In this document: positions 49,607 through 59,513 of the stretch, in pieces
Layout: every line of letters begins with the position of its first letter
Numbering within the stretch: the first letter of the stretch is position 1
Assembly (NCBI GenBank): GCA_044226515.1
Contig: JBGAGX010000011.1
Coordinates: 31,085-95,084, forward strand
Source: Flavobacteriales bacterium
Lineage (GTDB): Bacteria; Bacteroidota; Bacteroidia; Flavobacteriales_F; PHOS-HE28
DNA: 64,000 nucleotides
Reading direction: 5' to 3'
Notes under the pieces: generated by a model
What the model saw: only the letters and a program-made list of their open reading frames with translations
What the model was told of the DNA's origin: nothing
The model's database searches: none
Translations under genes and position numbers: made by a program

Positions 49607-50833
49607 ATGACCCGCCTGGACCGCCTCACCGAGCGGCTCGACCTGAAGGAGTTCCAGCTGCGCGCGCTGCTGGAGGTCACCAAGGCCATCAACAACAACG
49701 TGGGCCGGGGCGATCTGCTGCGGCTCTTCGGCGACATCCTCGCCAACGAGCTCGGCATCACCCGGCTGGTGCTCTTCGAGCACGGCGAGCAGTGGCGGGC
49801 GGTGCGCTCCGTGGGTACGGCGGACGAGGTCGCCACCATCGACGCCGGCGCGCTCATCGGGCGGCTGAACGACATCCAGTTCATCGGCGCGGAGCTCGAG
49901 GGCATCGTGCACGGCTTCGACATCGCGGTGCCCGTGTTCCACGACGACCGGCCGCTGGCCCTGCTCCTGATCGGCGACCTGGACGACGCGGAGCAGCGCA
50001 TGAGCCCTTCGGTGAAGCACCTCAACTTCATCCAGACGCTCACCAACCTCATCGTGGTGGCGCTGGAGAACAAGCGGCTGGCGCGGCAGGCCCTGCAGCA
50101 GGAGCGCGACAAGCGCGAGCTGGAGCTCGCCGCCGAGATGCAGAGCATGCTCATCCCCGGCACGCTGCCCAACGACGGGCGGCTCGAGGCCGCGGCCTGG
50201 TACCTGCCGCACCGCCAGGTGGGCGGCGACTACTACGACCTCATCCGCTTCGGGGAGCACGAGGCCATCGTGTGCGTGGCCGACGTGAGCGGCAAGGGCA
50301 TGGCCGCCGCCCTGCTCATGTCGAACTTCCAGGCCACCCTGCGCGCGCTGTTGCAGTACACCGAGGAGCCGCTGGACGAGCTGTTCCACGACCTCAACGA
50401 CAAGGTGGTGACGGCCGCGCGCAACGAGCGCTTCGTCACCTGCTTCATCGGCCGCATCGACCTGCGCACGGGCCGCATGCGCTACGTGAACGCCGGGCAC
50501 AACGCGCCGCTGCTGCTCACCGACGGGCGCATCACCGAGCTCGCCGCCGGGAGCATCGCGCTGGGCATGCTGCCGAAGCTCCCCTTCCTGCGCATGGGCG
50601 AGGCCCAGGTGAGGCCGGGATCGGTGCTGCTGTGCTACACGGACGGGCTGGTGGAGCAGGAGGACGCCCATGGGAACGCCTTCGACACCGCGCCGCTGCA
50701 CCGCGTGCTGAAGCAGTTCCACGCGGCAGGCCCGCAGGCCATCAACGACACGCTCATCGCCACCTTCGAGGCGCACCGCGCGGGCCTGCCCTACCTGGAC
50801 GACATCGCGCTGCTCACCTGCCGCTTCAAGTAA
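49607..50833 (+). CDS. PP2C-family (SpoIIE/RsbU-like) serine phosphatase with N-terminal GAF-like sensor domain
   Basis: 'LELAAEMQSMLIPGTLP...VGGDYYDLIRFGEHEAIVCVADVSGKGMAAALLMSNFQATLRAL...LLCYTDGLVEQED' SpoIIE/PP2C motifs. Confidence 0.8.
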   Translation: MTRLDRLTERLDLKEFQLRALLEVTKAINNNVGRGDLLRLFGDILANELGITRLVLFEHGEQWRAVRSVGTADEVATIDAGALIGRLNDIQFIGAELEGIVHGFDIAVPVFHDDRPLALLLIGDLDDAEQRMSPSVKHLNFIQTLTNLIVVALENKRLARQALQQERDKRELELAAEMQSMLIPGTLPNDGRLEAAAWYLPHRQVGGDYYDLIRFGEHEAIVCVADVSGKGMAAALLMSNFQATLRALLQYTEEPLDELFHDLNDKVVTAARNERFVTCFIGRIDLRTGRMRYVNAGHNAPLLLTDGRITELAAGSIALGMLPKLPFLRMGEAQVRPGSVLLCYTDGLVEQEDAHGNAFDTAPLHRVLKQFHAAGPQAINDTLIATFEAHRAGLPYLDDIALLTCRFK

Positions 50834-52268
50834 GGGCCGTGGCCTCCTTCCGCGGGGCGTATCGGATGTCGAACAGCACCACCATGATGGTGAAGCCCCA
50901 GAAGGGCACGCTCGCCTTGTCCAGGTCGAGGTAGTTGTTCAACGAGCCGTGCACGTAGTAGGTCACCAGGCCCAGGAAGGCGCCGAGGAAAAGGCGCCGG
51001 TCCTCCGGGGAGGTGATGCGCGGGTAGGCGGCCATGGCGCGGTAGCTCGTCACCAGCACCAACAGGATCATCAGCACCATGCCCAGCACGCCCTGCTCGG
51101 CCAGCGGCCCCAGGTACTCGCTGTGCGCGTTGCCGTTGAGGCCGAAGTTGGTGCTGATGATGGTGCGGTCCGCCGCGGCCTGGAAGGGCGCGTACTGGAA
51201 CATGTAGGTGCCGGGGCCCCAGCCGAACACCGGACGCTCCTCGAACATGCGCAGGGCCGAGTTCCAGCGGTTGATGCGCTCCAGGTTGCTGGCGTCGCTG
51301 CTGATGTTGCCGATGGAGCTCACGTGCTCCGCCATGTCGTCGCTGCTCTCGTCGCGGTTGCGCTCCAGCGCGATGGTGATCTGGTCCTTGTTGGCGAGGT
51401 AGATGCCGCCGCCGGTCACCAGCACCAGGGCCAGCGCCCAGGCCGGTATGCGCAGCTTCATCACGGCGAACATGCCGATGGCGGCCACCAGGCTCACCCA
51501 GGCCGCGCGGGTGTAGCTGAACACCAGGCCCGCGGTGATGACCAGCAGCAGCACGAGGGCCAGACCGCGGCGCGTGCGCGAATAGCCCGGCATGCTCACC
51601 GCCCCGGTGAGGATGGGCACCATGAAGGCGAGCACCGCGCCGTAGCTCGTGTGGTCCTTGAAGAAGGGCTCCATCACCCAGTGCGCGGGGTCCTGCTCGA
51701 AGTGGAAGCCCGCATGGCGGATCACGGTGTAGGTGGCCACCGCGGCCAGGCTGATGCTGAAGGCCCAGAAGAAGCGGTGCATGTTGCGCTGGTCCTCGAA
51801 CAGGCGGGAGGCCACGAAGTACATGCTGCAGATGAACCACAGGCGGGCGGTGAGGAACTTCACGCTCACCACGGGCATGGAGCTGGGGATGATGCACACG
51901 GCCATCCACAGCAGCTGCGCGGCCATCACGGCGGTGACGGGGTGGCGCAGCACGGCCGGATCGAGCACGTTGCGCTCCAGGGCCAGCTTCAGCAGGAAGA
52001 GGAGCATGATGCCCACCATGAGGGGCTCGGTGGGCAGTGCGATGCCGATGCCGCCCAGATCGAGCTGCTCCAGGTTGATGGACAAGGGCGTGGCGAAGAC
52101 GATGAAGAGCACCAGGCGCTCGAGCGATGAGACCATGGCCCACAGCACCACCAGCGCCGCGGGCAGCAGGTTCAACCAGTAGAACTCCTTGGCGATGGCC
52201 ACGGTGTTCACCACGATGAAGAGCAGGCAGGTGGCCGCGATCCAGTTGTTCCTCAGCGCCCGCACCAT
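50826..52268 (-). CDS. O-antigen ligase (Wzy/WaaL) family membrane protein
   Basis: About 10 predicted TM helices, a large periplasmic loop, and 'FSYTRAAWVSLVAAIGMFAVM' Wzy_C-like region. Confidence 0.7.
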   Translation of the reverse strand: MVRALRNNWIAATCLLFIVVNTVAIAKEFYWLNLLPAALVVLWAMVSSLERLVLFIVFATPLSINLEQLDLGGIGIALPTEPLMVGIMLLFLLKLALERNVLDPAVLRHPVTAVMAAQLLWMAVCIIPSSMPVVSVKFLTARLWFICSMYFVASRLFEDQRNMHRFFWAFSISLAAVATYTVIRHAGFHFEQDPAHWVMEPFFKDHTSYGAVLAFMVPILTGAVSMPGYSRTRRGLALVLLLVITAGLVFSYTRAAWVSLVAAIGMFAVMKLRIPAWALALVLVTGGGIYLANKDQITIALERNRDESSDDMAEHVSSIGNISSDASNLERINRWNSALRMFEERPVFGWGPGTYMFQYAPFQAAADRTIISTNFGLNGNAHSEYLGPLAEQGVLGMVLMILLVLVTSYRAMAAYPRITSPEDRRLFLGAFLGLVTYYVHGSLNNYLDLDKASVPFWGFTIMVVLFDIRYAPRKEATALT

Positions 52269-52272
52269 GGCC

Positions 52273-53214
52273 TCAGCGGCGTTGTTGGCGGATCAGCAGG
52301 AGCACGAAGGCAAGGAAGACCGCGGAGGCCGTGGCGATGAGCACGATCAGCCAGCGGATGGGGTACACCTTCTTGTCCGGCAGCTCGGGGTACACCACGG
52401 TGTTGGTGTAGGTGAGCTCCTTGTTCACGTCGGTCAGGGCCTTCTCGTAGGCGTTCTGGCGGTCCACGTAGATGCCGCGGTAGGCGTTGGCGAGGTCGGT
52501 GAGGGCGTGGAACTCGCCGCCGCGGTCACCGAGGGCCCGCAGCAGGGCCCTGGCCTCCTCGCGCCCCGCCCCGCCGGTGCCGCTGGCCAGCATGCGCATG
52601 TAGCCGCGGGTCACCTCGTTGGTCTGGGCGTCGTAGTTCAGCAGGCCGGTCCGCCTGCGCAGGGTGTCCAGCCGCGTCTCCACGCTGTCCAGCTTCACCT
52701 TCACCACGTTCATCTCGCGTTCGGCGATGCGCAGCACCTCCTGGCTCTTCTCGCGCTGCAGGCGGCGCGCCAGCTTGTCCCCCTGGTCGAGCAGGTCGAT
52801 CACCAGGCGCTGGGCCAGCTTGGGGTCCTCGTCCTCGATCTCGATCTGCACGCTCTCGTAGCGCGTCTTGGTGATGGAGACGTGGTCGTTGTACTCGTTG
52901 TACAGGTAGAAGAGGCCGGGCGGCTGCGCGGTGTCGATCTCGTAGTGCTCCGCCAGGTGATGGAGGCGGATGAGGCTGTCGCGGATGCTGTTGCTCTCCA
53001 GCAGCTGCAGCAGCTGGTCGCTGCGCGTCTCCTGCGAGTAGCTGGTGAGGTTCACCGGGTACACGATGGCGCTGGAGCGGTACCGGGGCTTGATGAAGGT
53101 GGGGCCGCTGAAGACGGCGGCCAATGCGGCGGCCACCAGGCCCACCGCGGCGAAGGTGCGCCACCGGTCCACCAGCAGCTTGAAGAAGGTGCCGAAGCTC
53201 AGGGGTTCACGCAT
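52273..53214 (-). CDS. polysaccharide chain-length determinant (Wzz/GumC-like) protein, copy A
   Basis: N-terminal and C-terminal TM helices flanking a coiled-coil periplasmic domain. Overlaps copy B by 8 bp. Confidence 0.55.
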   Translation of the reverse strand: MREPLSFGTFFKLLVDRWRTFAAVGLVAAALAAVFSGPTFIKPRYRSSAIVYPVNLTSYSQETRSDQLLQLLESNSIRDSLIRLHHLAEHYEIDTAQPPGLFYLYNEYNDHVSITKTRYESVQIEIEDEDPKLAQRLVIDLLDQGDKLARRLQREKSQEVLRIAEREMNVVKVKLDSVETRLDTLRRRTGLLNYDAQTNEVTRGYMRMLASGTGGAGREEARALLRALGDRGGEFHALTDLANAYRGIYVDRQNAYEKALTDVNKELTYTNTVVYPELPDKKVYPIRWLIVLIATASAVFLAFVLLLIRQQRR

Positions 53215-54226
53215 GGCTCGAACGGATCTTCTTCACCTGCTCCTGCACCACGATCAGCAGCAGGGCGAGCAGGAAGGCGCTCACGGTGCTGATGGCCACC
53301 ACGAGCCAGCGCACCGGGTAGGCCTTCTTGTCGGGCACCTGGGCCTGGTTCACGATGAACTTGTGGGGCAGGTCGCTCTCGAAGTCGGCCTGCGCCTGCT
53401 CCAGCTTCATGCGCAGCACGCTCAGGCGCTTCACCTCGTTGAACTGGCGGTCCTGCAGGGTGACGTAGGCGCCGCCGTACTGGGCCAGCACCTTGAACCG
53501 CTCCTCGAACTCCTTGATGGCGCGCTGGTCGCCCTTGACGATGGCGGCGCCCATGTACTCGTTGTAACGCTCGGTCTGCGTGTGGTAGTCGTGCACGCCC
53601 AGCTGCCGCAGGATGCGCATGCTGTCCTCGATCTGCTCGATCTCGGTCTCCAGCTCCTTCACCTTGTCGGCCACGAGCTTCAGGCCCTTCTCGGCACGCT
53701 CGCGGTTCATGTCCTTCCACACGCTGTCCACCTGCGCGGCGATGAAGTTGGCCATGAGGGCGGCGGTATCGGGCTGGTGGTGCAGGACCTCCACGCGCAC
53801 GCTGCCGAACTTGGTGTACTCGTAGGTGATGTGGTCCTTGTAGGCCTCGCGCAGGTCGGTGTTGCGGGTCTTGCTGTCGGGCTTGATCCGGTAGGCCTTC
53901 ATCAGGTCGAAGTGGGCGGCGGTGCGTTCGCGCACCAGGTCGCTGTTCAGCACCTGCAGCAGCTGCTCGGCGTCCTCGGCATCACCGAGCGCGAGGATGT
54001 CGTCGCGACCGGTGCTCTGCTCGTTCAGCAGGGCCTTGGAGGCCGAGTTGGTGATGGCGGGGAAGAGGATCACCTCGCTCTTGTAGAGGGGGCGGATGAC
54101 GAAGGCCGCGATCACGCCGCCCACCATGCCCAGCAGGGTGAGGCCGATGATGAGCTTGCGCCGGGCCCAGAGGAAGAGGACGAGGTCGAACGACTCGACC
54201 CGGCTGCCGGGGTTCTCGGATGACAT
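53207..54226 (-). CDS. polysaccharide chain-length determinant (Wzz/GumC-like) protein, copy B
   Basis: Same architecture as copy A, with 'AYPVRWLVVAISTVSAFLLALLLIVV' C-terminal TM. Tandem paralogs. Confidence 0.55.
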   Translation of the reverse strand: MSSENPGSRVESFDLVLFLWARRKLIIGLTLLGMVGGVIAAFVIRPLYKSEVILFPAITNSASKALLNEQSTGRDDILALGDAEDAEQLLQVLNSDLVRERTAAHFDLMKAYRIKPDSKTRNTDLREAYKDHITYEYTKFGSVRVEVLHHQPDTAALMANFIAAQVDSVWKDMNRERAEKGLKLVADKVKELETEIEQIEDSMRILRQLGVHDYHTQTERYNEYMGAAIVKGDQRAIKEFEERFKVLAQYGGAYVTLQDRQFNEVKRLSVLRMKLEQAQADFESDLPHKFIVNQAQVPDKKAYPVRWLVVAISTVSAFLLALLLIVVQEQVKKIRSSHA

Positions 54227-54270
54227 GAAGGTCTGGTGAAAGGGCCGCTAAAATACGCCCTTGCCGCGCT

Positions 54271-55713
54271 CTAACGGCCTTGGGGCAGGGCTATTGCCTG
54301 CCGCAGGAGGCGAAGGTCGAGCAGGCGGGTGGCGAAGGCCAGCACCAACGCCCCGCAACCCAGCACCAGCAGGGCTTTTCCCAGGGGGAGCCCGCCGCTC
54401 CACCAGGCCAGCGCCAGCAGGCCCGCCGCGTAGGCCACCGCGCTCAGCAGGCCGCCCCACGGCATGGCGAAGCGGAACTTGCGCCGGGCGATGAGCACCT
54501 GCACCAGCGCCGTGAGCCCCTGGGTGATGAGGCTGGCCCAGGCCGCGCCGAGCGCCTGGTAGCGCGGGATGAGCACCAGATTGAGGCCGATGTTGAGCAG
54601 CATGCCGCAGGCCGCCATCCAGTTCAGCGCCTTCAGGTCGCCGCTGGCGGTGAGCAGGGTGCCGAAGATGTAGGTGGTGCACACGGCGGTGAAGCACCAG
54701 ATGAGCACCGCGAAGGCCGGTGCGCTGCGGTCGGTGAACTCGTCGTACCGCAGGTCCATCAGCGCCTGCGCATGGAAGCTGCCGGCCACGGCCACCACCA
54801 AGGCGCCCGCCAGCACCAGCCGGAAGGCCAGTCCGGTGAGCGGCGCGAGGTCCTCCTTCCGCTTGATCAACCGGCTGAACATGGGCAGCAGCAGACCCGC
54901 GAAGAGGTAACCGAGCATGTTGAAGGCCTCGAAGAAGCGGAAGCCCTGCGCGTAGATCCCGGCCTGCAACGCCCCATCGGGCAGCAGACGCTCCAGCATC
55001 ACCGTGTCCGTGCGGTAGTAGAAGGTCATGAGCAGGATGAGCAGCGCGTAGGGGAAGCTCTGCCGCAGCACCACCCACATAAAGGCGCCGTTCCACCGGA
55101 TGCGCAGACCGCCCGCGCGCTTCACCACGATGTAGAGGGCCACCAGCGCGGTGGTGCCGTAGGCGAAGGTCTGCGCCCACACGAAGGCCTGGATGGGGAA
55201 GGGCTCGTCGGCGTAACGCACCCACAGCAGCCAGCCCACCAGGCCGATCAGCAGCACGCGATCCAGCACGCTCAGCAGGCTGTCGGTGGTGTAGAGCTGC
55301 GCCCCCGCGATGTTGCTGCGCAGGTAGAGCACGGTGGCCACCAGCACCTGGTTGAGCACGAGGATGGCCAGCAGCGTGAACTGCCCCTCGCGGTAGCCCA
55401 GCACCCAGGCCGTTCCGAAGGTGGCCAGCGCGTACAGCACCACCAGCACCAGCCGCACGCCGATGATGCCGCTGAGGTGCTTCCTCAGCAGGTGGGTGTG
55501 CTGCGCGATGTTGCGCACGTTGTAGTTGGTGATGCCCAGGTCGAGCAGGATGTTCAGCAGGAAGCTCAGGCTCAACAGCGCCGCGTAATCACCGTAGGCC
55601 GCGGTGCCGGCCCGCACCTGCACCTCCGCGTCGATGCCCAGGATGAAGAAGGGCTTCACCAGCAGGTTGAGCACCAGCAGCAGGGCCAGGTTGGTGAGGA
55701 AGGCGCGTTGCAT
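54271..55713 (-). CDS. polysaccharide biosynthesis protein / flippase (Wzx, MOP superfamily)
   Basis: Trimmed to ATG at 55713 ('MQRAFLTNLALLLVLNLLVKPFFILGIDA'). About 12-14 TM helices typical of Wzx. Confidence 0.75.
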   Translation of the reverse strand: MQRAFLTNLALLLVLNLLVKPFFILGIDAEVQVRAGTAAYGDYAALLSLSFLLNILLDLGITNYNVRNIAQHTHLLRKHLSGIIGVRLVLVVLYALATFGTAWVLGYREGQFTLLAILVLNQVLVATVLYLRSNIAGAQLYTTDSLLSVLDRVLLIGLVGWLLWVRYADEPFPIQAFVWAQTFAYGTTALVALYIVVKRAGGLRIRWNGAFMWVVLRQSFPYALLILLMTFYYRTDTVMLERLLPDGALQAGIYAQGFRFFEAFNMLGYLFAGLLLPMFSRLIKRKEDLAPLTGLAFRLVLAGALVVAVAGSFHAQALMDLRYDEFTDRSAPAFAVLIWCFTAVCTTYIFGTLLTASGDLKALNWMAACGMLLNIGLNLVLIPRYQALGAAWASLITQGLTALVQVLIARRKFRFAMPWGGLLSAVAYAAGLLALAWWSGGLPLGKALLVLGCGALVLAFATRLLDLRLLRQAIALPQGR

Positions 55714-55777
55714 CGGACGGTGTGAAGATCGGGAGTGCGGGCGGCAATGCGGCACTCCTGGGGTACGACCGCCCCAC

Positions 55778-56641
55778 ATGAACGAACTTTGGGCGATGGC
55801 CTTGCCCATGAGACCCGTCCAACTGCGCCCTGTCGTCCTGCTTCTGTGCATCACCGCGCTGCTCCCGATCACGGTGATGGGCCAACGGGACGGAAAGAAG
55901 GCGCGAACAGCCACGAAGGAGCTGGGCGACAGTACCGCCTTCTGGATGCAGCGCGCGGCCGAACTGGAACGGCTGGGGGACAACGCCGGCGCGAATGACC
56001 AGCTCACGAAGGCGTATTCGCGATCGGGCAACACCGAGGTCCTGTTGGACCGCATGCGCGTGCGGCGCAACCTCGGCGACAGCGTGGGCGCCTGTGCCGA
56101 CCTGCGCGAATGCGGACGGCTGGGCGAGCCGTGGAGCACGCGCTACCAGGGCGAATGCGTGCGCAAGGACAGCATGGACTTCACCGCCAGCGGGCTTTCG
56201 GCCACGCGGTTCCCGGACATGAAGCGCGTGCGCCGCATCAGGCACGTGGACGAGACCGACCTGTACCTGGGGCTCGTGGATGCCGGTGACACCGTGCGCG
56301 TGGGGTTGGTGGTGAGCGGGATCGATACGCTCTACACCATGACCGAGGAGCTGCCCACCTTCCCCGGCGGCATGTCCGAGCTGTACAAGCACATGGCCAA
56401 GACCATGCACTACCCGCTCGATTGCGTGGACTCGAACATCCAAGGCAAGGTGTATGTAGAGTTCACCGTCGCCGCCGACGGCCACATCAGCGATGCACGC
56501 GTGAAGCGCTCGGTGCATCCCTCGCTCGATGCCGAAGCGTTGCGGGTGGTGAGCGCCATGGAACCATGGACCCCTGCGCACTACCGCGGCGAGGTCGTGC
56601 CATTCCGGTACATGCTGCCCGTCAAGTTCGTCCTGCGCTAA
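55778..56641 (+). CDS. TonB C-terminal domain (energy transducer TonB family) protein
   Basis: N-terminal anchor 'PVVLLLCITALLPITVMG'. C-terminal 'PTFPGGMSELYKHMAKTMHYPLDCVDSNIQGKVYVEFTVAADGHISDARVKRSVHPSLDAEALRVVSAM' TonB_C fold. Alternative starts at 55796 and 55808. Confidence 0.65.
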   Translation: MNELWAMALPMRPVQLRPVVLLLCITALLPITVMGQRDGKKARTATKELGDSTAFWMQRAAELERLGDNAGANDQLTKAYSRSGNTEVLLDRMRVRRNLGDSVGACADLRECGRLGEPWSTRYQGECVRKDSMDFTASGLSATRFPDMKRVRRIRHVDETDLYLGLVDAGDTVRVGLVVSGIDTLYTMTEELPTFPGGMSELYKHMAKTMHYPLDCVDSNIQGKVYVEFTVAADGHISDARVKRSVHPSLDAEALRVVSAMEPWTPAHYRGEVVPFRYMLPVKFVLR

Positions 56642-56650
56642 GCTGCCCCG

Positions 56651-57778
56651 ATGCGCATCGCCATCAACACCCGCCTGCTGCTCCCCGGCAAGCTCGAGGG
56701 CATCGGCTGGTTCGCGCACGAGACGCTGAAGCGCATCACCCGGGCGCATCCGGAGCACACCTTCCTCTTCCTCTTCGACCGGCCCTACGACCAGCGGTTC
56801 GTGTACGGTGCGAACGTGACCCCCCTGGTGGTGCCGCCGCCCACCCGCCATCCCCTGCTCTACCGCCTGTGGTTCGGCGTGCAGGTGCCGCGCGTTCTTC
56901 GCACGCACAAGGCCGATGCCTTCGTCTCGCCCGACGGCTTCCTGAGCCTGGGCACCACTGTGCCGCAACTGCCCGTGGTCCACGACCTCAACTTCGAGCA
57001 CTACCCGTCGGACCTGCCACCGGCCTACAGCCGCTACTACCGCCACTTCTTTCCGCGCTTCGCCCGCAAGGCGGCGCGCATCGTCACCGTGTCGGCCTTC
57101 TCCAAGCAGGACATCGTGGACCGATACGCCGTTCCTGCGGAGCGCATCGACGTGGTGCACAACGGCGTGAGCGAGGTGTACGTGCCGGTACCTGCGGCGG
57201 AGCGTGAGGACGTGCGCGCGCGTCTCACCGGTGGTGCGCCCTACCTAATCTGCGTGGGCTCCATGCACGCCCGCAAGAACGTGGCGCGCCTGCTGCTGGC
57301 CTTCGACCGGCTGGCGGAAGAGCGCCCCGACCTGCGGCTGGTGTTCGTGGGCGAGCGCATGTTCCGCGACCCCCGGATGGACGAGGCTTGGGCGCAGGTG
57401 CGGCACAAGGACCGCGTGGTGTTCACCGGCCGCCTCGACCAGCAGGACCTGCGGAACGCGCTGGGCGCCGCGCTGGGCCTGGTGTACCCGAGCTACTTCG
57501 AGGGCTTCGGGATCCCCGTGGCCGAGGCCATGAAATGCGGCGTGCCCGTGGTGGCCGCCAACGCCAGCAGCCTGCCCGAGGTGGCCGGCGAGGCGGCGGT
57601 GTACTGCGACCCCTTCGACGTGGCCGACATCACCCGCGCCATGCGTACGCTGGTGGACGATGCCGGCCTGCGCGAGCGCCTCATCGCCGCGGGCCTCGAA
57701 CGTGCGAAGCGCTACACCTGGGACCGCACCGCCGAAGGGCTGTGGGCCGCGATCGAACGCATCTTGCCGAAGCCATGA
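56651..57778 (+). CDS. glycosyltransferase family 4 (GT-B, GT1/GT4-like)
   Basis: '...[35 protein letters not shown]' EX7E-type GT4 motif. Confidence 0.85.
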   Translation: MRIAINTRLLLPGKLEGIGWFAHETLKRITRAHPEHTFLFLFDRPYDQRFVYGANVTPLVVPPPTRHPLLYRLWFGVQVPRVLRTHKADAFVSPDGFLSLGTTVPQLPVVHDLNFEHYPSDLPPAYSRYYRHFFPRFARKAARIVTVSAFSKQDIVDRYAVPAERIDVVHNGVSEVYVPVPAAEREDVRARLTGGAPYLICVGSMHARKNVARLLLAFDRLAEERPDLRLVFVGERMFRDPRMDEAWAQVRHKDRVVFTGRLDQQDLRNALGAALGLVYPSYFEGFGIPVAEAMKCGVPVVAANASSLPEVAGEAAVYCDPFDVADITRAMRTLVDDAGLRERLIAAGLERAKRYTWDRTAEGLWAAIERILPKP

Positions 57779-58374
57779 GCCTGGCCGCGTACCACCGCAA
57801 GGGCGTGCTGGAGGCCGGTTGCGACGAGGCCGGCCGGGGCTGCCTGGCCGGTCCGGTGGTGGCCGCGGCGGTGATCCTGCCGCCCGGCGTGCGCCTGCCC
57901 GGGCTCGACGACAGCAAGAAGCTCAGCGCCGCCGACCGCGAAGCGCTGCGCCCGCTGATCATGGAGAAGGCCGTGGCCTGGGCCGTGGCCGCCGTGTCAC
58001 CCGCGGAGATCGACCGCATCAACATCCTCAAGGCCTCCTTCCTCGCCATGCACCGCGCGATCGACCAGCTGGCCACGCGGCCCGAGGCCTTGCTGATCGA
58101 CGGCAACCGCTTCACGCCCTACCCCGGCCTGCCGCACACCTGCATGATCAAGGGCGACGGCCGCTTCCGCAGCATCGCCGCAGCCAGCATCCTGGCCAAG
58201 ACCCACCGCGATGCGCTGATGGAAGCGCTGCACGCTGAGCACCCGCACTACGGCTGGGCCGTGAACAAGGGCTACCCCACGCCCGACCACCGCAAGGCCA
58301 TCGCAGCGCACGGCCCCTGCGCGCACCACCGACGAAGCTTCCGGTTGTTGCCTGAAGACCCTGTACTCTTCTGA
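57775..58374 (+). CDS. rnhB: ribonuclease HII
   Basis: ATG at 57775 overlaps the GT4 stop (ATGA). '[22 protein letters not shown]...DDSKKLS...LIDGNRF' is the RNase HII signature. Confidence 0.9.
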   Translation: MSLAAYHRKGVLEAGCDEAGRGCLAGPVVAAAVILPPGVRLPGLDDSKKLSAADREALRPLIMEKAVAWAVAAVSPAEIDRINILKASFLAMHRAIDQLATRPEALLIDGNRFTPYPGLPHTCMIKGDGRFRSIAAASILAKTHRDALMEALHAEHPHYGWAVNKGYPTPDHRKAIAAHGPCAHHRRSFRLLPEDPVLF

Positions 58375-58539
58375 ACACCACGCAACCTCCGCCCATGCGC
58401 ACATGGGTAAATATCATTCAAGCCTTAATCCCATAAGAACTCCGGAAGCAGCCCCTGAGGCATGGAAAAATGGGCACCGACATGGATAATTTGCACAAGC
58501 CGAATGAATGAGTCTGACACACTGAGTAGCACTTGATCG

Positions 58540-59202
58540 ATGAGAAGCGAAGATGACATTCGAAAAGAGCGCTTGAATGCCATGGGTGAAGTCGCGGGCC
58601 ATTACTATCATCATCTATGGCGCGAACTCAACCTCATCCACTACAAATGGAAGGAACTAAGAGCGTTCATGGGGCAAGGACCGGAGATCACGAACTTGGT
58701 TAACGCTACCGCACCTTGGTTCTTCCACATTGCATCCAGCGCCTTATGGAAAGATGTGGTAGTGACTATCGGCGCTTTCTCAGATCCAGCGTTTACAAGA
58801 AAGCAACGGAACGCGAGCTTGCACGGCTTGCTTGATGTGCTCAAAGAGGAGGGTCGGGTAACCCAGGAGATGGGAGACGCACTGGAACAATTCAAAGCCA
58901 CATGCAAGCCTATCCGTGAACTGAGGAATAAGTGGCTAGCACACTGGGATCATGAGTTGATGTTGAATGTCACAGATCGTGAACTCACTCTTCATATGGA
59001 CCAAGTCGAAGCGTCATTTGAAGCAATGGCGTTGGTTATGAACCTTGTTGAACAAGCCTATTTCGGCAGCGTTGAGATCATCTATAACCTACCGTTACCG
59101 CCTCGAGGATCCTGCGAAGAACTGCTTTACTACTTGGAACTGGGGCACAAGACCGCCAAGGAGGAAAGACAGCGAAACCTTCGCAAGTACCCACATCAGT
59201 GA
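58540..59202 (+). CDS. orphan HEPN-like (Rx5H) protein in an AT-rich islet; candidate abortive-infection/defence protein
   Basis: GC about 47 % versus about 68-70 % in neighbours. 'IRELRNKWLAHWDHE' matches the HEPN R-x(4-6)-H motif. No family assigned with certainty. Confidence 0.5.
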   Translation: MRSEDDIRKERLNAMGEVAGHYYHHLWRELNLIHYKWKELRAFMGQGPEITNLVNATAPWFFHIASSALWKDVVVTIGAFSDPAFTRKQRNASLHGLLDVLKEEGRVTQEMGDALEQFKATCKPIRELRNKWLAHWDHELMLNVTDRELTLHMDQVEASFEAMALVMNLVEQAYFGSVEIIYNLPLPPRGSCEELLYYLELGHKTAKEERQRNLRKYPHQ

Positions 59203-59513
59203 TTCCGTTGATTTAGCCACGCCGCCAGCAGGTTCTTCTATATCCAAGCTTCAAGCGAATAGTCAAGGCGTCATCTGCTATGCCCAATATCGAACAATGA
59301 AGGCCGATGGCCCGAGGTTGAACGGCCTGTCCTTGAGATCTCGGCACCCTTGCTCCGCGCCTCCGCGTCCAGCGCCTTCGCGAAGCCTTCGGCGAAGCAA
59401 GGTCTGCGGCCTGCTCCTCTCCGCCTCCTGTTCACACCCCCGTGTGCACACGCCCACGCGCGAGGCCCGCATGCGCCCCCTTGCACGAGGCTAGTTTCGG
59501 CCGCGCAGAACGC

